64,000 nt of DNA from Gemmatimonadaceae bacterium (GTDB lineage Bacteria > Gemmatimonadota > Gemmatimonadetes > Gemmatimonadales > Gemmatimonadaceae): NCBI GenBank assembly GCA_051859245.1, contig JBHYGA010000004.1, positions 96,001 to 160,000 on the forward strand, given 5' to 3'. The notes beneath the pieces are model-generated. The model saw only the letters and a list, made by a program, of their open reading frames with translations, was not told the DNA's origin and made no database searches. Below, piece after piece: positions 46,029 through 55,085 of the stretch. Positions within the stretch are counted from its first letter, which is position 1, and each line of letters opens with the position of its first letter. The position numbers and the translations under genes are program-made.

Positions 46029-48713
46029 ATGACCGGCGCCGCTGTGATCCGTGAGCGGCGCGAGCTCGACGCACTGCTGCAGCTGGCGCGCGAAATGGCC
46101 AGCGGCACGCCGAGCACACGACGTGTGCTCGAACAGCTCGCCGAAACGGCGCAGGAGTTCACGCAGTCGGAAGGTGCCTGCGTGCTCGAGCTGCGCGACG
46201 ATGTGTATCATGTGGTCGGACCGTCCGGCATCGCATTGCCGTACGACGGACAGTCATTTCAGATCATGCCTGCGCCGTCAATCTTTCGTGAAGTGCTGGC
46301 CACGGGTACCGTGGTGCTGACAAACGATGGCCAGAACGATCCGCGTGTTGATCCGCGCTTTCGAAATGCGCTGCGTATTCGTCATTTGGCCGCAGCGCCG
46401 ATCGTGCTTGAGGGTCGCATTGATGGTCTGCTGGTGCTGCTCAACTCGGCGCAACCGGGTGGCTACAGCGCGAGCGACGCGTCGCTGTTGCAAAGACTGG
46501 CGGAGTTCAGTGCGGTCGCGCTGCGCGACGCGCATCTGGTGCAGCGCGCCGAGCGTGCCGCAGCCGATGCGCAGGCGCGCGCGCATGAAGCGGCGATCGC
46601 CTCGCGCCGACACGCCGTGCTGGCACGTACGGCCGACGCCCTCGCCAATGCCGGCACACCCGATGCCGTATACCAGCGCATCAGCAATATCATGAGCGAG
46701 TTGCTCGGCGCGGGTGGCGTGGCGATCTACGACGTCAATGTTGATACGCGCACGGTAAAGTTGTCCTTCCAGACGGGCATCGGGACGATGGATCCCGAAA
46801 CCGTGGTGCGTCTGTTCTGGAAAACCCGGCTCGCCGACGTCGTACTGGCCGGCGTGCCGGCGTTCGTGGACGACATGCTGAAGGGCACCGAGGTTGAGCT
46901 CGCCGTTACCGAACCCATGCGGCGCGCTGGGATTGGAGCGTTGGCGTTGTTGCCACTGCGCGTGGATGGTCGCGTGATTGGCTCGATCGGCATTCGCTTT
47001 CTTGGCACGCGTGAGTTTGACGCGGCCGAGCGTGCGTTTCTCGAATCGTTCTCGTCGCAGGTGGCGGTGGCGCTGCGCAATGCGCAGCACGTCAGCGACC
47101 TGCAGGATCGCGCTGAACGGCTCGACAATCTCGCGCGCGAGCGTGAAATCGAACAGCAGCGTGCAGAGGCAGCGGCCGATGTCGCGCGCACCGCGCTTGC
47201 GCATGGTGGTTTGCTCGCCGGCGTGCAATCGCTGCTTGGAATTCTTGAGCGCATTGTGCCGTCGTCAGGCAAAGCGATTGGTGTGGCGCGTGCGCGAGAC
47301 GGTCGTCTCGAATACGTTGGCGCGCACGGATCGCTCGCGTCATTGCTCGGACATCGTCCAGCTGGCCTGCGCGGGGTGCTTGGCATCACACCGGACGGAC
47401 TCCCGATTGAGCTGGAGAGTCTGCGAAGTGAAGCGCCAGCGCCGTTGCGCGACGCTGTGCCGGATGAGCGCGCACTCGTGCTGCCGCTCGTGGCCCGTGA
47501 CCGCGCCCTCGGCGTGTTGCTCGTGAGCGCCACGCCGGACGCCATGTGGAGCCACACGCAACGCGAAACGCTGGAGCGCGTCTCCGCATCACTCGCGCTG
47601 GCTATTGACGCCCTGCTGCTTGATGAAGAAGAACGTCAGGCGCGCGAACGCGAGGTCATGCTCGCCACAGCGCTGACGACGCTCGATCACCCCGTGTTTA
47701 TTGTTGAAGGCAACATCGTGCGTTATGCCAATCCCGCCGCGGCACGCGAGTACGGCTGGAGCACGGGAGAGTTGATTGGTCGACCGTTCAGCGACTTTGT
47801 CGCCTCTGATCAACCGTACAGCGGCGACGATTTACTCGTGTCAGCAGAACACGAAATCGAACCGCGCGATCATAGGCATCGCCGTCGCGATGGCAGTGAG
47901 TTTGCCGCCGTGCTCACGGTGAGCCGCTTGCGCTCTGAAGCCGGTCAGACAACGGGCGCTGTTGTTTCCGTGCGTGATGTGACGCGCGATCGTGCGATTG
48001 CGGAGCAGCTGCGCCATTCTGAAAAAATGATTGCGCTCGGCGAACTCGTGGCCGGCGTTGCCCACGAAATCAACAATCCGCTCACCGGCATTTCAGCCTT
48101 TGCGGAGTTGTTGTTGGAAGACGCGCTCTCTGATGAACATCGCGAATCCGTGCAGCTGATCAAGCGCGAAAGCGATCGCGCCACGGCGGTGATTCGCGAT
48201 CTGCTCATTTTTGCGCGCAAAGCCGACGCGGCAACCGGTCCGGTTGATATCAACGAGCTGGTCGAGCAAACACTGCGACTGCGCGCGTACACAACGCGTG
48301 CGCTCGGTGTGACGGTCGATCTCGACCTCGATCCGTCGCGGCCCCATGTGGAGGGCGACGCGCAACGGCTGCAGCAGGTGTTGCTCAATCTCGTGGTCAA
48401 CTCGGAACAGGCCATGCACGGACGGGAGACTCGAATACTCTCCCTGCACACACGCGTCGATGGGGATCAGGTCCGCGTCATCGTGGGCGACACGGGCTCC
48501 GGCATGTCGGCCAATGTGAAGCGTCGATTGTTCGAACCGTTTTTCACCACCAAGCCGCTTGGCGTGGGCACCGGCCTGGGGCTGAGTGTGAGTTACGGCA
48601 TTGCGCAGACGCACCGTGGCACACTCGAGGTGCAATCTGAGGAGAACGTTGGTACATCGATTACTCTGACTCTGCCGGTCCTGCCGCCACCCGATTTTGA
48701 TCCCCAGACTTGA
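46029..48713 (+). CDS. Cytoplasmic multi-GAF/PAS histidine kinase
   Basis: About three GAF-like segments; PAS YANPAA...RRRDGSEF; H-box AGVAHEINNPL, N-box QVLLNLVVNS, DTGSGM, FEPFFTTK, GTGLGL. Confidence 0.93.
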   Translation: MTGAAVIRERRELDALLQLAREMASGTPSTRRVLEQLAETAQEFTQSEGACVLELRDDVYHVVGPSGIALPYDGQSFQIMPAPSIFREVLATGTVVLTNDGQNDPRVDPRFRNALRIRHLAAAPIVLEGRIDGLLVLLNSAQPGGYSASDASLLQRLAEFSAVALRDAHLVQRAERAAADAQARAHEAAIASRRHAVLARTADALANAGTPDAVYQRISNIMSELLGAGGVAIYDVNVDTRTVKLSFQTGIGTMDPETVVRLFWKTRLADVVLAGVPAFVDDMLKGTEVELAVTEPMRRAGIGALALLPLRVDGRVIGSIGIRFLGTREFDAAERAFLESFSSQVAVALRNAQHVSDLQDRAERLDNLAREREIEQQRAEAAADVARTALAHGGLLAGVQSLLGILERIVPSSGKAIGVARARDGRLEYVGAHGSLASLLGHRPAGLRGVLGITPDGLPIELESLRSEAPAPLRDAVPDERALVLPLVARDRALGVLLVSATPDAMWSHTQRETLERVSASLALAIDALLLDEEERQAREREVMLATALTTLDHPVFIVEGNIVRYANPAAAREYGWSTGELIGRPFSDFVASDQPYSGDDLLVSAEHEIEPRDHRHRRRDGSEFAAVLTVSRLRSEAGQTTGAVVSVRDVTRDRAIAEQLRHSEKMIALGELVAGVAHEINNPLTGISAFAELLLEDALSDEHRESVQLIKRESDRATAVIRDLLIFARKADAATGPVDINELVEQTLRLRAYTTRALGVTVDLDLDPSRPHVEGDAQRLQQVLLNLVVNSEQAMHGRETRILSLHTRVDGDQVRVIVGDTGSGMSANVKRRLFEPFFTTKPLGVGTGLGLSVSYGIAQTHRGTLEVQSEENVGTSITLTLPVLPPPDFDPQT

Positions 48714-48794
48714 CTCGGCGTTTCCGTTCAAGTACTAGGGGGTGCATGGTTTTGGTGCAGAGTTGTTTTCGACGTTACCCGAGAGGAGGCGGTC

Positions 48795-49820
48795 ATGCCG
48801 CGCAGTGACGAAGTATTCGGAGAGGATCCGTTTCTCCAGAGCGATCAGCCAGTCGCTCGCCTTGATGGCTATGGCGGCTCCTACGATGACGACGAGGAGG
48901 AGGACAGTTACCGGATTCCCGATGAGGAAGACGGCAACGGCCTCTGGGATAGCGCGGACGACTCGGATGACGATGAGGACGAGGATTACGGCGTCACAGA
49001 AACCGAGGAAGAGGAGGACGACGTCGAGGAAGAGGAAGACATCTTTGGTCGTCCTCCGGCTCGCCGTGGCCGTCCGCCTGGACGCACCAAGACCGCCGTT
49101 CCGTTGATCGTGGAAGACGAGGTCGAAGCCGATGACGATCTCGGCATCGACGATACCGACGACCTTGATGACGACGGCGCGGACGACCTCGAAGACGACG
49201 AAGACGGTGTGGATGACGAAGATCTCGGCGACGAGGATCTGGGCGACGAGGACGACGGTCCGCCGATGAAGGCCCCGAAGGCGGCCAAGCCGCCCAAGGC
49301 GCCGCCTGCGCCCAAGCCGGCGCCCAAGGCGGCGCCGGAGCCGAAGCCTGCCCCGGAGCCGAAGCCGGCGCCGGCACCAAAGCCAGCGCCCGCACCCAAG
49401 CCGGCTCCGGCCGCGAAAGCGCCAGCGCCGGTGAAGGCCGAAGCCAAGGCCCCGGCCAAGGCGGAACCGAAATCAGCCGCCAAAACTCCGGCCAAGGCCC
49501 CCGCCAAAGCACCCGCTAAGGCACCTGCCAAGGCCGCAGCGAAGGCTCCGGCCAAGGCTCCGGCCAAGGCTCCGGCCAAAGCGCCAGCCAAGACACCGGC
49601 GAAGGCTCCGGCCAAACCGGCGGCCAAGCCGGCTGCCAAGGCACCTGCGAAAAAGGCGGCGCCGGCCAAGAAGGCCGCGCCGATGAAGAAGGCCCCGGCC
49701 AAGAAGGCACCGGTCAAAGCAGCAGCAGTGAAAAAAGCGGCCCCCAAAAAGGCCGCCGCGAAGAAGGCGCCGGCGAAGAAGCCCGCCGCAAAGAAGGCCG
49801 CCAAGCCAAAGCGTCGCTGA
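48795..49820 (+). CDS. Disordered protein: Asp/Glu-rich N-half with AT-hook, histone-H1/AlgP-like Lys-Ala-Pro C-half
   Basis: Strong GAGGAGG SD; D/E runs, PARRGRPPG, then PKPA/KAPA/PAKK repeats ending KPKRR. Confidence 0.85.
   Translation: MPRSDEVFGEDPFLQSDQPVARLDGYGGSYDDDEEEDSYRIPDEEDGNGLWDSADDSDDDEDEDYGVTETEEEEDDVEEEEDIFGRPPARRGRPPGRTKTAVPLIVEDEVEADDDLGIDDTDDLDDDGADDLEDDEDGVDDEDLGDEDLGDEDDGPPMKAPKAAKPPKAPPAPKPAPKAAPEPKPAPEPKPAPAPKPAPAPKPAPAAKAPAPVKAEAKAPAKAEPKSAAKTPAKAPAKAPAKAPAKAAAKAPAKAPAKAPAKAPAKTPAKAPAKPAAKPAAKAPAKKAAPAKKAAPMKKAPAKKAPVKAAAVKKAAPKKAAAKKAPAKKPAAKKAAKPKRR
49268..49810 (+). repeat. Degenerate 12/15/18-nt coding repeats ([15 protein letters not shown])
   Basis: For example AAGGCTCCGGCC three times in tandem near 49542-49577. 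Confidence 0.85.
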
Positions 49821-49893
49821 GACGCGGCCTGGTCAGCACTCTCAGCCGCCCGATCACGGAGCAACCCGGGGTCGGGCGGCGTAGTATTCCGAT

Positions 49894-51435
49894 ATGACGC
49901 CAAGCGTGATACCTCCTGTTGAGCGGCTGGACGAAGCGCCGCTCTCGCGACGCGTCCTCGACGCGCTCCCGCTCACCGTGTACTCCGTCGACCTCGAAGG
50001 TCGCATCACGGCGGCCAATCGTTCGTGGTCGCGTTTTGCGTCGGACAACGGCGCCGAAGAACTGGCGGCCGAAGCAGAAATGATCGGCTGCTCGATTTTT
50101 GCCGCGATGGCCGACGACGCGTCGCGCGAGCAGATCGAACGGGCGATGACCCTGCTTCGGGAAGAGCGGGTGCCCATGGTGCGCTGGGAGTTTCCCTGCT
50201 CGTCGCCCGAAGAAGAGCGCATTTTCCTGATGCACATTTCGGCGCTGTCCGGGCCGGACGGTGTGGACGGATTCGTTTTTTCGACCGTCGACATCACCGC
50301 CAGCCATCGCTCGCGCGAAGCCCTCATCGAAACGGGTATCGCGCTGTCGCACGCGATCGATGTTGGCCGCGTGTACGAAGAAGTGTCGCGTCAGGTGCGT
50401 CGCGCCGTCCCGAGCACCGGCGTGGTCATTGCGGTCGCTGATGACGAGACGGCGGCGATTCGCATCGTGCATCGATGGGGGTTTGGTTCGGCCGGGAACG
50501 GCGCCGCGCTCGAGACGCGACTGATGCCGTCGTGGCTGGAGGCGCTGGCCGGCGGCAGGGTGGTGCTACGCGAGGTAGAAGGGCGACTCGAACTGACCGT
50601 GCCCCTCACGAGCGCCGAGGGAGTGCTTGGCGCCATCACGCTCGTCACCGAGGCCCTCGACTCCGCGCAGCAGCTCGACGAAGCAGAACGCGTCATTTCG
50701 GTGATCGCGGCGCAGACCGCGGTGGCGATTGAGCGCGCCTGGCTGGTGCGGCGCGTGGAGCATAAGCGCCGACTCGAGGCCATTGGTGAGGTGGCGGCCG
50801 GTGTGGCCCACGAGCTGCGAAATCCACTGTTTGGTATCTCCTCGGCCGCTCAGTTGCTGCGCTTTCGGGCCCGCGAAGATCCGGTGGTGGAAAAAAACGT
50901 GCTTCGGATTCTGCGCGAAGTTGATCGCCTCAACAAAATGGTGACGTCGCTCCTGGACTTTGGCCGGCCAGCCACGGCCCATCTGCAGCCGGGTGATCCT
51001 GAGGCGCTGTGGGACGAGGTGCTGGAGGCAGAGCACGATCGGTTGTCCAACTCGGGGCTCAAGCTTCGTCGCACGCGCCCTGAACAGCCCGTTCGGTGCC
51101 TCATTGATGCGGAACAACTCCGCCAGGTCTATCTCAACATCCTGGTCAACGCCGTCGACGCCGCTCCGTCCGGAAGCGATCTGATCCTGACCTCTGGTTT
51201 GCTGCCGAACGGTAGCTGGCGTTGTCGCCTTACCAACGGTGGCCCCGCCATCCCACCCGAGGTTCTGCCACACGTCTTCGAGTTTTTCTACAGCACCAAG
51301 CCTGGCGGCACCGGTATCGGCCTGGCGCTCTGCCAGCGCATTCTCGACGAGCATGGCGGCTCCATCAACATCGACTCCGCACCCGAGATGGGAACCACAG
51401 TCACGCTGGCGCTTCCGCCCACGGCGGCCTCGTGA
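49894..51435 (+). CDS. PAS/GAF histidine kinase
   Basis: PAS VDLEGRITAANRSW; AGVAHELRNPL, QVYLNILVNA, FEFFYSTKPGGTGIGL; TAGTAT-N6-ATG suggests a leaderless start. Confidence 0.93.
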   Translation: MTPSVIPPVERLDEAPLSRRVLDALPLTVYSVDLEGRITAANRSWSRFASDNGAEELAAEAEMIGCSIFAAMADDASREQIERAMTLLREERVPMVRWEFPCSSPEEERIFLMHISALSGPDGVDGFVFSTVDITASHRSREALIETGIALSHAIDVGRVYEEVSRQVRRAVPSTGVVIAVADDETAAIRIVHRWGFGSAGNGAALETRLMPSWLEALAGGRVVLREVEGRLELTVPLTSAEGVLGAITLVTEALDSAQQLDEAERVISVIAAQTAVAIERAWLVRRVEHKRRLEAIGEVAAGVAHELRNPLFGISSAAQLLRFRAREDPVVEKNVLRILREVDRLNKMVTSLLDFGRPATAHLQPGDPEALWDEVLEAEHDRLSNSGLKLRRTRPEQPVRCLIDAEQLRQVYLNILVNAVDAAPSGSDLILTSGLLPNGSWRCRLTNGGPAIPPEVLPHVFEFFYSTKPGGTGIGLALCQRILDEHGGSINIDSAPEMGTTVTLALPPTAAS

Positions 51436-52751
51436 CCCTGAGTGTGTTGGTCGTAGACGACGACGAGACAGTACGCGAGACGCTGGTGGAGTTTTTCGAA
51501 ACGTTTGGTTACACCGCCCGAGGCGCGGGCACGGCGTCGAGCGCGCGTGCGATGGCGGCGGAACACGCGCCAGACGTTGTCTTGCTCGACCTTCGATTGC
51601 CTGACGCGAGTGGATTGGTGCTGCTCGATGCGCTGCGCGCTGACGACCCGGACATTGGCGTTATCGTGCTCTCAGGCTTTGCCGATGTGCCCACAACGGT
51701 CGGCGCCATGCAGCGCGGTGCCGTGGATGTGCTCGAAAAGCCGGTGGATCTCGAAGCCCTCGCCGCATCGGTTGAGCGTGCGTCGGAGCGCGGTCGACTC
51801 AGGCAGGAGCTGGCCGTACTCCGTGCTCGCGATCGCGGGCGCGATGCCCCGTCTGATGGTTCGCTCCCGAACGCGAGTCTGCCCCGAACGTTTGAGCAGC
51901 TGGTCGAGCTGGCGGCGCGCAACCCTGACGCGCCCGTGCTGCTGCAGGGGGAAACCGGCACGGGAAAGGGGTACGTGGCCCGGCAGATCCATGATCGATC
52001 GACCCGGCGCGACGCGCCATTCGTGGAGATCAACTGCGCCTCGCTCACCAGCACCTTCTTTGAAAGCGAACTGTTTGGGCACGAGCGCGGTGCGTTCACC
52101 GACGCGCGAACGGCCAAGCGCGGCCTGCTCGAAGTAGCCGGCGACGGAACGGTCTTTCTTGACGAAGTGGCGGAGATGCCTCTGGAAGTGCAGCCCAAGC
52201 TGCTCAAGGTGATCGAAGACCACAGTTTTCGGCGCTTGGGCGGCACGACAACGCTTCGGTCGTCCGCCCGGCTTCTGGTGGCAACGAACGAACCGCTGCG
52301 GGAGGCCGTAGAAGCCCGTCGGTTTCGTCCAGACCTGTACTACCGCCTGCAAGTTCTCACGATTTTACTGCCACCATTACGTGATCGTCGTGACGAAATA
52401 GCGACACTCGCCGCGTCATTGCTGCCCAGGGGGGCTTCTCTGTCGCCATCAGCATTGCACACGCTGATGGAATATCCGTGGCCCGGCAACATCCGTGAAC
52501 TGCGCAATACGCTGTGGCGCGCCAGCATTCTGTCCGACGGCGCGCCAATTCGCGCCGAGCATCTGGGACTGAGCACGTCAGTGGCGCCGGCAGCGTCGGA
52601 GACCGCAGCCTTGAGCCTGGCGGAGGCGGAACGGCGCGCCATCCAGGCCGCGCTGGCCTCCGCCGAGGGCAATCGCACGAAGGCGGCGGCGCTGCTGGGA
52701 GTCGCTCGCTCCACACTGATTGAGAAGCTCAAGCGACATCCCGAGCTGTGA
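51432..52751 (+). CDS. NtrC-family sigma-54-dependent response regulator
   Basis: VLVVDDD/LLDLRLP receiver; GETGTGK, ESELFGHERGAFTDA, FLDE, FRPDLYYRL, WPGNIREL, Fis-type HTH; GTG start overlaps the kinase stop. Confidence 0.95.
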   Translation: MTLSVLVVDDDETVRETLVEFFETFGYTARGAGTASSARAMAAEHAPDVVLLDLRLPDASGLVLLDALRADDPDIGVIVLSGFADVPTTVGAMQRGAVDVLEKPVDLEALAASVERASERGRLRQELAVLRARDRGRDAPSDGSLPNASLPRTFEQLVELAARNPDAPVLLQGETGTGKGYVARQIHDRSTRRDAPFVEINCASLTSTFFESELFGHERGAFTDARTAKRGLLEVAGDGTVFLDEVAEMPLEVQPKLLKVIEDHSFRRLGGTTTLRSSARLLVATNEPLREAVEARRFRPDLYYRLQVLTILLPPLRDRRDEIATLAASLLPRGASLSPSALHTLMEYPWPGNIRELRNTLWRASILSDGAPIRAEHLGLSTSVAPAASETAALSLAEAERRAIQAALASAEGNRTKAAALLGVARSTLIEKLKRHPEL

Positions 52752-52813
52752 CCTGGCCAGCGCGTGTGTCCGCGCACCGACCCGTCGTCACCCAACCACA
52801 CGCCTCACAGAAC

Positions 52814-52844
52814 CGACCGGAATCAGATGACCGATTTCCGGTCG
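52814..52844. promoter_or_regulatory. Inverted repeat, candidate enhancer (UAS) for a sigma-54 activator, or terminator
   Basis: CGACCGGAA-N13-TTCCGGTCG, ~110 nt upstream of the -24/-12 element. Confidence 0.45.
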
Positions 52845-52952
52845 TTTGTGGATTTCTCCGTACGAAAACCGGCCGCAAAAAAAATCACTAATGTGATGTT
52901 GTCTTCGCGTAAGTAGATCAAAGACAACTGTTTACCTGCTGCAGCGCATTTG

Positions 52953-52967
52953 TGGCGCGAATCTCGC
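52953..52967 (+). promoter_or_regulatory. Putative sigma-54 (-24/-12) promoter
   Basis: TGGCGCG-AATC-TCGC keeps the invariant GG-N10-GC; ATG follows 13 nt later. Confidence 0.55.
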
Positions 52968-52980
52968 GCTATCAGTCACC

Positions 52981-53430
52981 ATGAGCAAAGCCGACTGGAA
53001 GCGAGTGCTGGTGGTAGAGGACGAGCAATCGATCCGGGACATCTTGGTGGAGCTGTTTGACGTGGAGGGGAACGCGCTTGTCGCTGCCCAGTCACTGCCA
53101 GACGCCCTCGAGGCGCTACGCACGCAAACGTTCGATTTCATCGTGACGGACTTGCGGCTCGGCGGAAAGCGGGATGGTGGGCTCCAGGTGATGGCGATGG
53201 CTGGAATGGTGAGCCACGAAGCTACGGTTCTGGTGCTTACGGCGTACCCAGATGACGCCAACCGTCAGGCGGCTCATCGGTTGGGCGCGCTGCATTTTCT
53301 GGAGAAGCCAGCGGATCTGCATGTCATCGCCACCTTGGCGAATGAGTGCGGTGTGAGTACGGCGTTTGGAGCGAGCGAGCGCGAGGTGATTCGGCGCGAG
53401 ACGGTGCCGGGATTGAGCGCCGTCAGCTGA
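52981..53430 (+). CDS. Single-domain response regulator
   Basis: VLVVEDE, IVTDLRL, VLTAY, FLEKP. Confidence 0.9.
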   Translation: MSKADWKRVLVVEDEQSIRDILVELFDVEGNALVAAQSLPDALEALRTQTFDFIVTDLRLGGKRDGGLQVMAMAGMVSHEATVLVLTAYPDDANRQAAHRLGALHFLEKPADLHVIATLANECGVSTAFGASEREVIRRETVPGLSAVS

Positions 53431-53596
53431 GCTCGGCGCGCTGTTGATGCGACTGATGTGCCAACGAAGGTTCACGGCACCGGAAGTGGTTGTCAGGTCT
53501 GTTCCGCGGGGTGGTGGTGATACTGGGGAGTGTCACGTGGGCGGCCTGGCAACTTCTGGTGTGCGAAGAACTCGACGGTTTCAGTCGCCGAACGGC

Positions 53597-54334
53597 TTAC
53601 GCGTTGCGGCGCAAATATTGGATCCGACCGAATGTGTGGTCGTAGAGCGCGCTCAGCGAGCCGAGGCCCTCCAGTACCAACCGGAACTGGCGCACGCCTG
53701 GTTGTGCCAGATCAGCGTCGAGCAGTGCCAGTTCCTGCTTCAATCGCTGCTCAAGGCGCCGACTGAGCGCCGCGGCCGTCTCGTTGGGCTGCGCGTAAAT
53801 CGCCTCCCCAACCCGAACGAAGCATTCGGCGCGCTGGTCCAGTCGGAACTCGTACCGAACGGCCACGGGAACGAGCGGCACTTCGGGAATCGAACGCGCG
53901 AATCGCGCCATCAGCGATCGGAATACCAGCGGCGTGCGCGCCGGCAGCAGTTCACCCTGCGGCAGCACCCAGAGTGTGCGCGACGGGCCGCCGGTAAGCA
54001 GCGCGTTGGCGTAGGGCGGAAGGGCGCGCAGGTCGTCCAGCCGATCCGTGGTAATGCCGAAGCAACCCAGTCGGCGAAAGAACGGGTACCGCTGCAACTC
54101 TTCGCCGCGGAACAACCCGTACGCGTCGCGCCCCAAAACGGAGCGCGACAAAAACAGCGTCAGGATGGGGTCCCACCAGGCGCTGTGATTCAGGAACGCA
54201 ATACTCGGCGCCGGGCCGTCCGGAAATGGGACGCCCCCAAGCCACACACGAGCAAAGGCTCGGCGCAGCAGGAATCGGAAGTAGCGCGCCGCCGCACGCT
54301 CCGCCATGGGGAGCTTTCGCGCCTCGAGCAGCAT
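53597..54334 (-). CDS. Lysophospholipid acyltransferase (PlsC-like) family protein
   Basis: NHSAWWD (HX4D), FFRRLG, VLPQG, VPVAVRYEF; start chosen at ATG 54334. Confidence 0.85.
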   Translation of the reverse strand: MLLEARKLPMAERAAARYFRFLLRRAFARVWLGGVPFPDGPAPSIAFLNHSAWWDPILTLFLSRSVLGRDAYGLFRGEELQRYPFFRRLGCFGITTDRLDDLRALPPYANALLTGGPSRTLWVLPQGELLPARTPLVFRSLMARFARSIPEVPLVPVAVRYEFRLDQRAECFVRVGEAIYAQPNETAAALSRRLEQRLKQELALLDADLAQPGVRQFRLVLEGLGSLSALYDHTFGRIQYLRRNA

Positions 54335-54524
54335 GTCTCGACGATGCGTCAGACGGGCCGGGAACGCAATGCACAAACCGTTCTCGGTGCACGCCTCTTG
54401 CACTGGTCGGGTTCTGCCGCGACAGTGGCAGGATCTTTTCCATGGGGCTTTGCATTGAGCGTGTGGAGGTCTCCGGCGTCCCCCGATCTGCCATCTCACT
54501 CACATCTTCACTCTTTCTCGATCC

Positions 54525-55070
54525 ATGGCTGACTCTCCGGTCTCGCTACTCCGTGCCCACTCGCGTCACGCTCCGTGGAACGCGCGCGGACTCGCCTCAC
54601 ACGCCTCAGCGCTCGTTGACGCCGCCGGAATGCGACCGACGAATGCGTCGGCACGCGCCATGCCGAGTGCACGCGCCGTGCGCTTTTACGTGGCGAACGG
54701 TTTGCTTGATCGACCGGAAGGCGCGGGCACGGCCGCGACCTACGGCTATCGGCATCTGTTGCAGTTACTTTCCATCAAGATTCGTCAGCGCGAAGGACAA
54801 ACGCTCGACGCCATCAAGCAGGAGATGCGCGAGGTCACGGGCGACGCACTGGAGCGTCGTGTCGCCACGTCGCTCACTCCCGCGCTCATGCTGAACGGTA
54901 ACGGCACCACCACCACGAGCGATGCGCCGGCCACGTGGCGACGCTTGCCGATCAGCGATGGTGTTGAGATTCATGTGCGTGATGATTCTCCGGCGGCGCG
55001 CGAAAGTGTGCTGCTCGCAATGCGTGAAGCGGTGCGTGGCGCTGTGGGCCGCGCACAAATCCCCGACTAA
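54525..55070 (+). CDS. MerR-like HTH protein
   Basis: PSARAVRFYVANGLLDRPEG...YGYRHLLQLLSIK...GQTLDAIK; C-terminal WRRLPISDGVEIHV. Confidence 0.85.
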   Translation: MADSPVSLLRAHSRHAPWNARGLASHASALVDAAGMRPTNASARAMPSARAVRFYVANGLLDRPEGAGTAATYGYRHLLQLLSIKIRQREGQTLDAIKQEMREVTGDALERRVATSLTPALMLNGNGTTTTSDAPATWRRLPISDGVEIHVRDDSPAARESVLLAMREAVRGAVGRAQIPD

Positions 55071-55085
55071 ATCACCCCTACCTCG

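Noticed and set aside
48986..49903. 305-aa minus-strand ORF rich in A/G/L/F that looks like a membrane protein
   Set aside because: Mirror of the Lys-Ala-Pro repeats; the plus-strand gene has the SD and coherent composition.
54385..54403. Sigma-54-like site GTGCACG-CCTC-TTGCA upstream of the MerR-like gene
   Set aside because: Lacks the invariant GG at -25/-24 with correct spacing.
53444..54532. 362-aa plus-strand ORF
   Set aside because: Antisense to the acyltransferase, which carries the HX4D motif.
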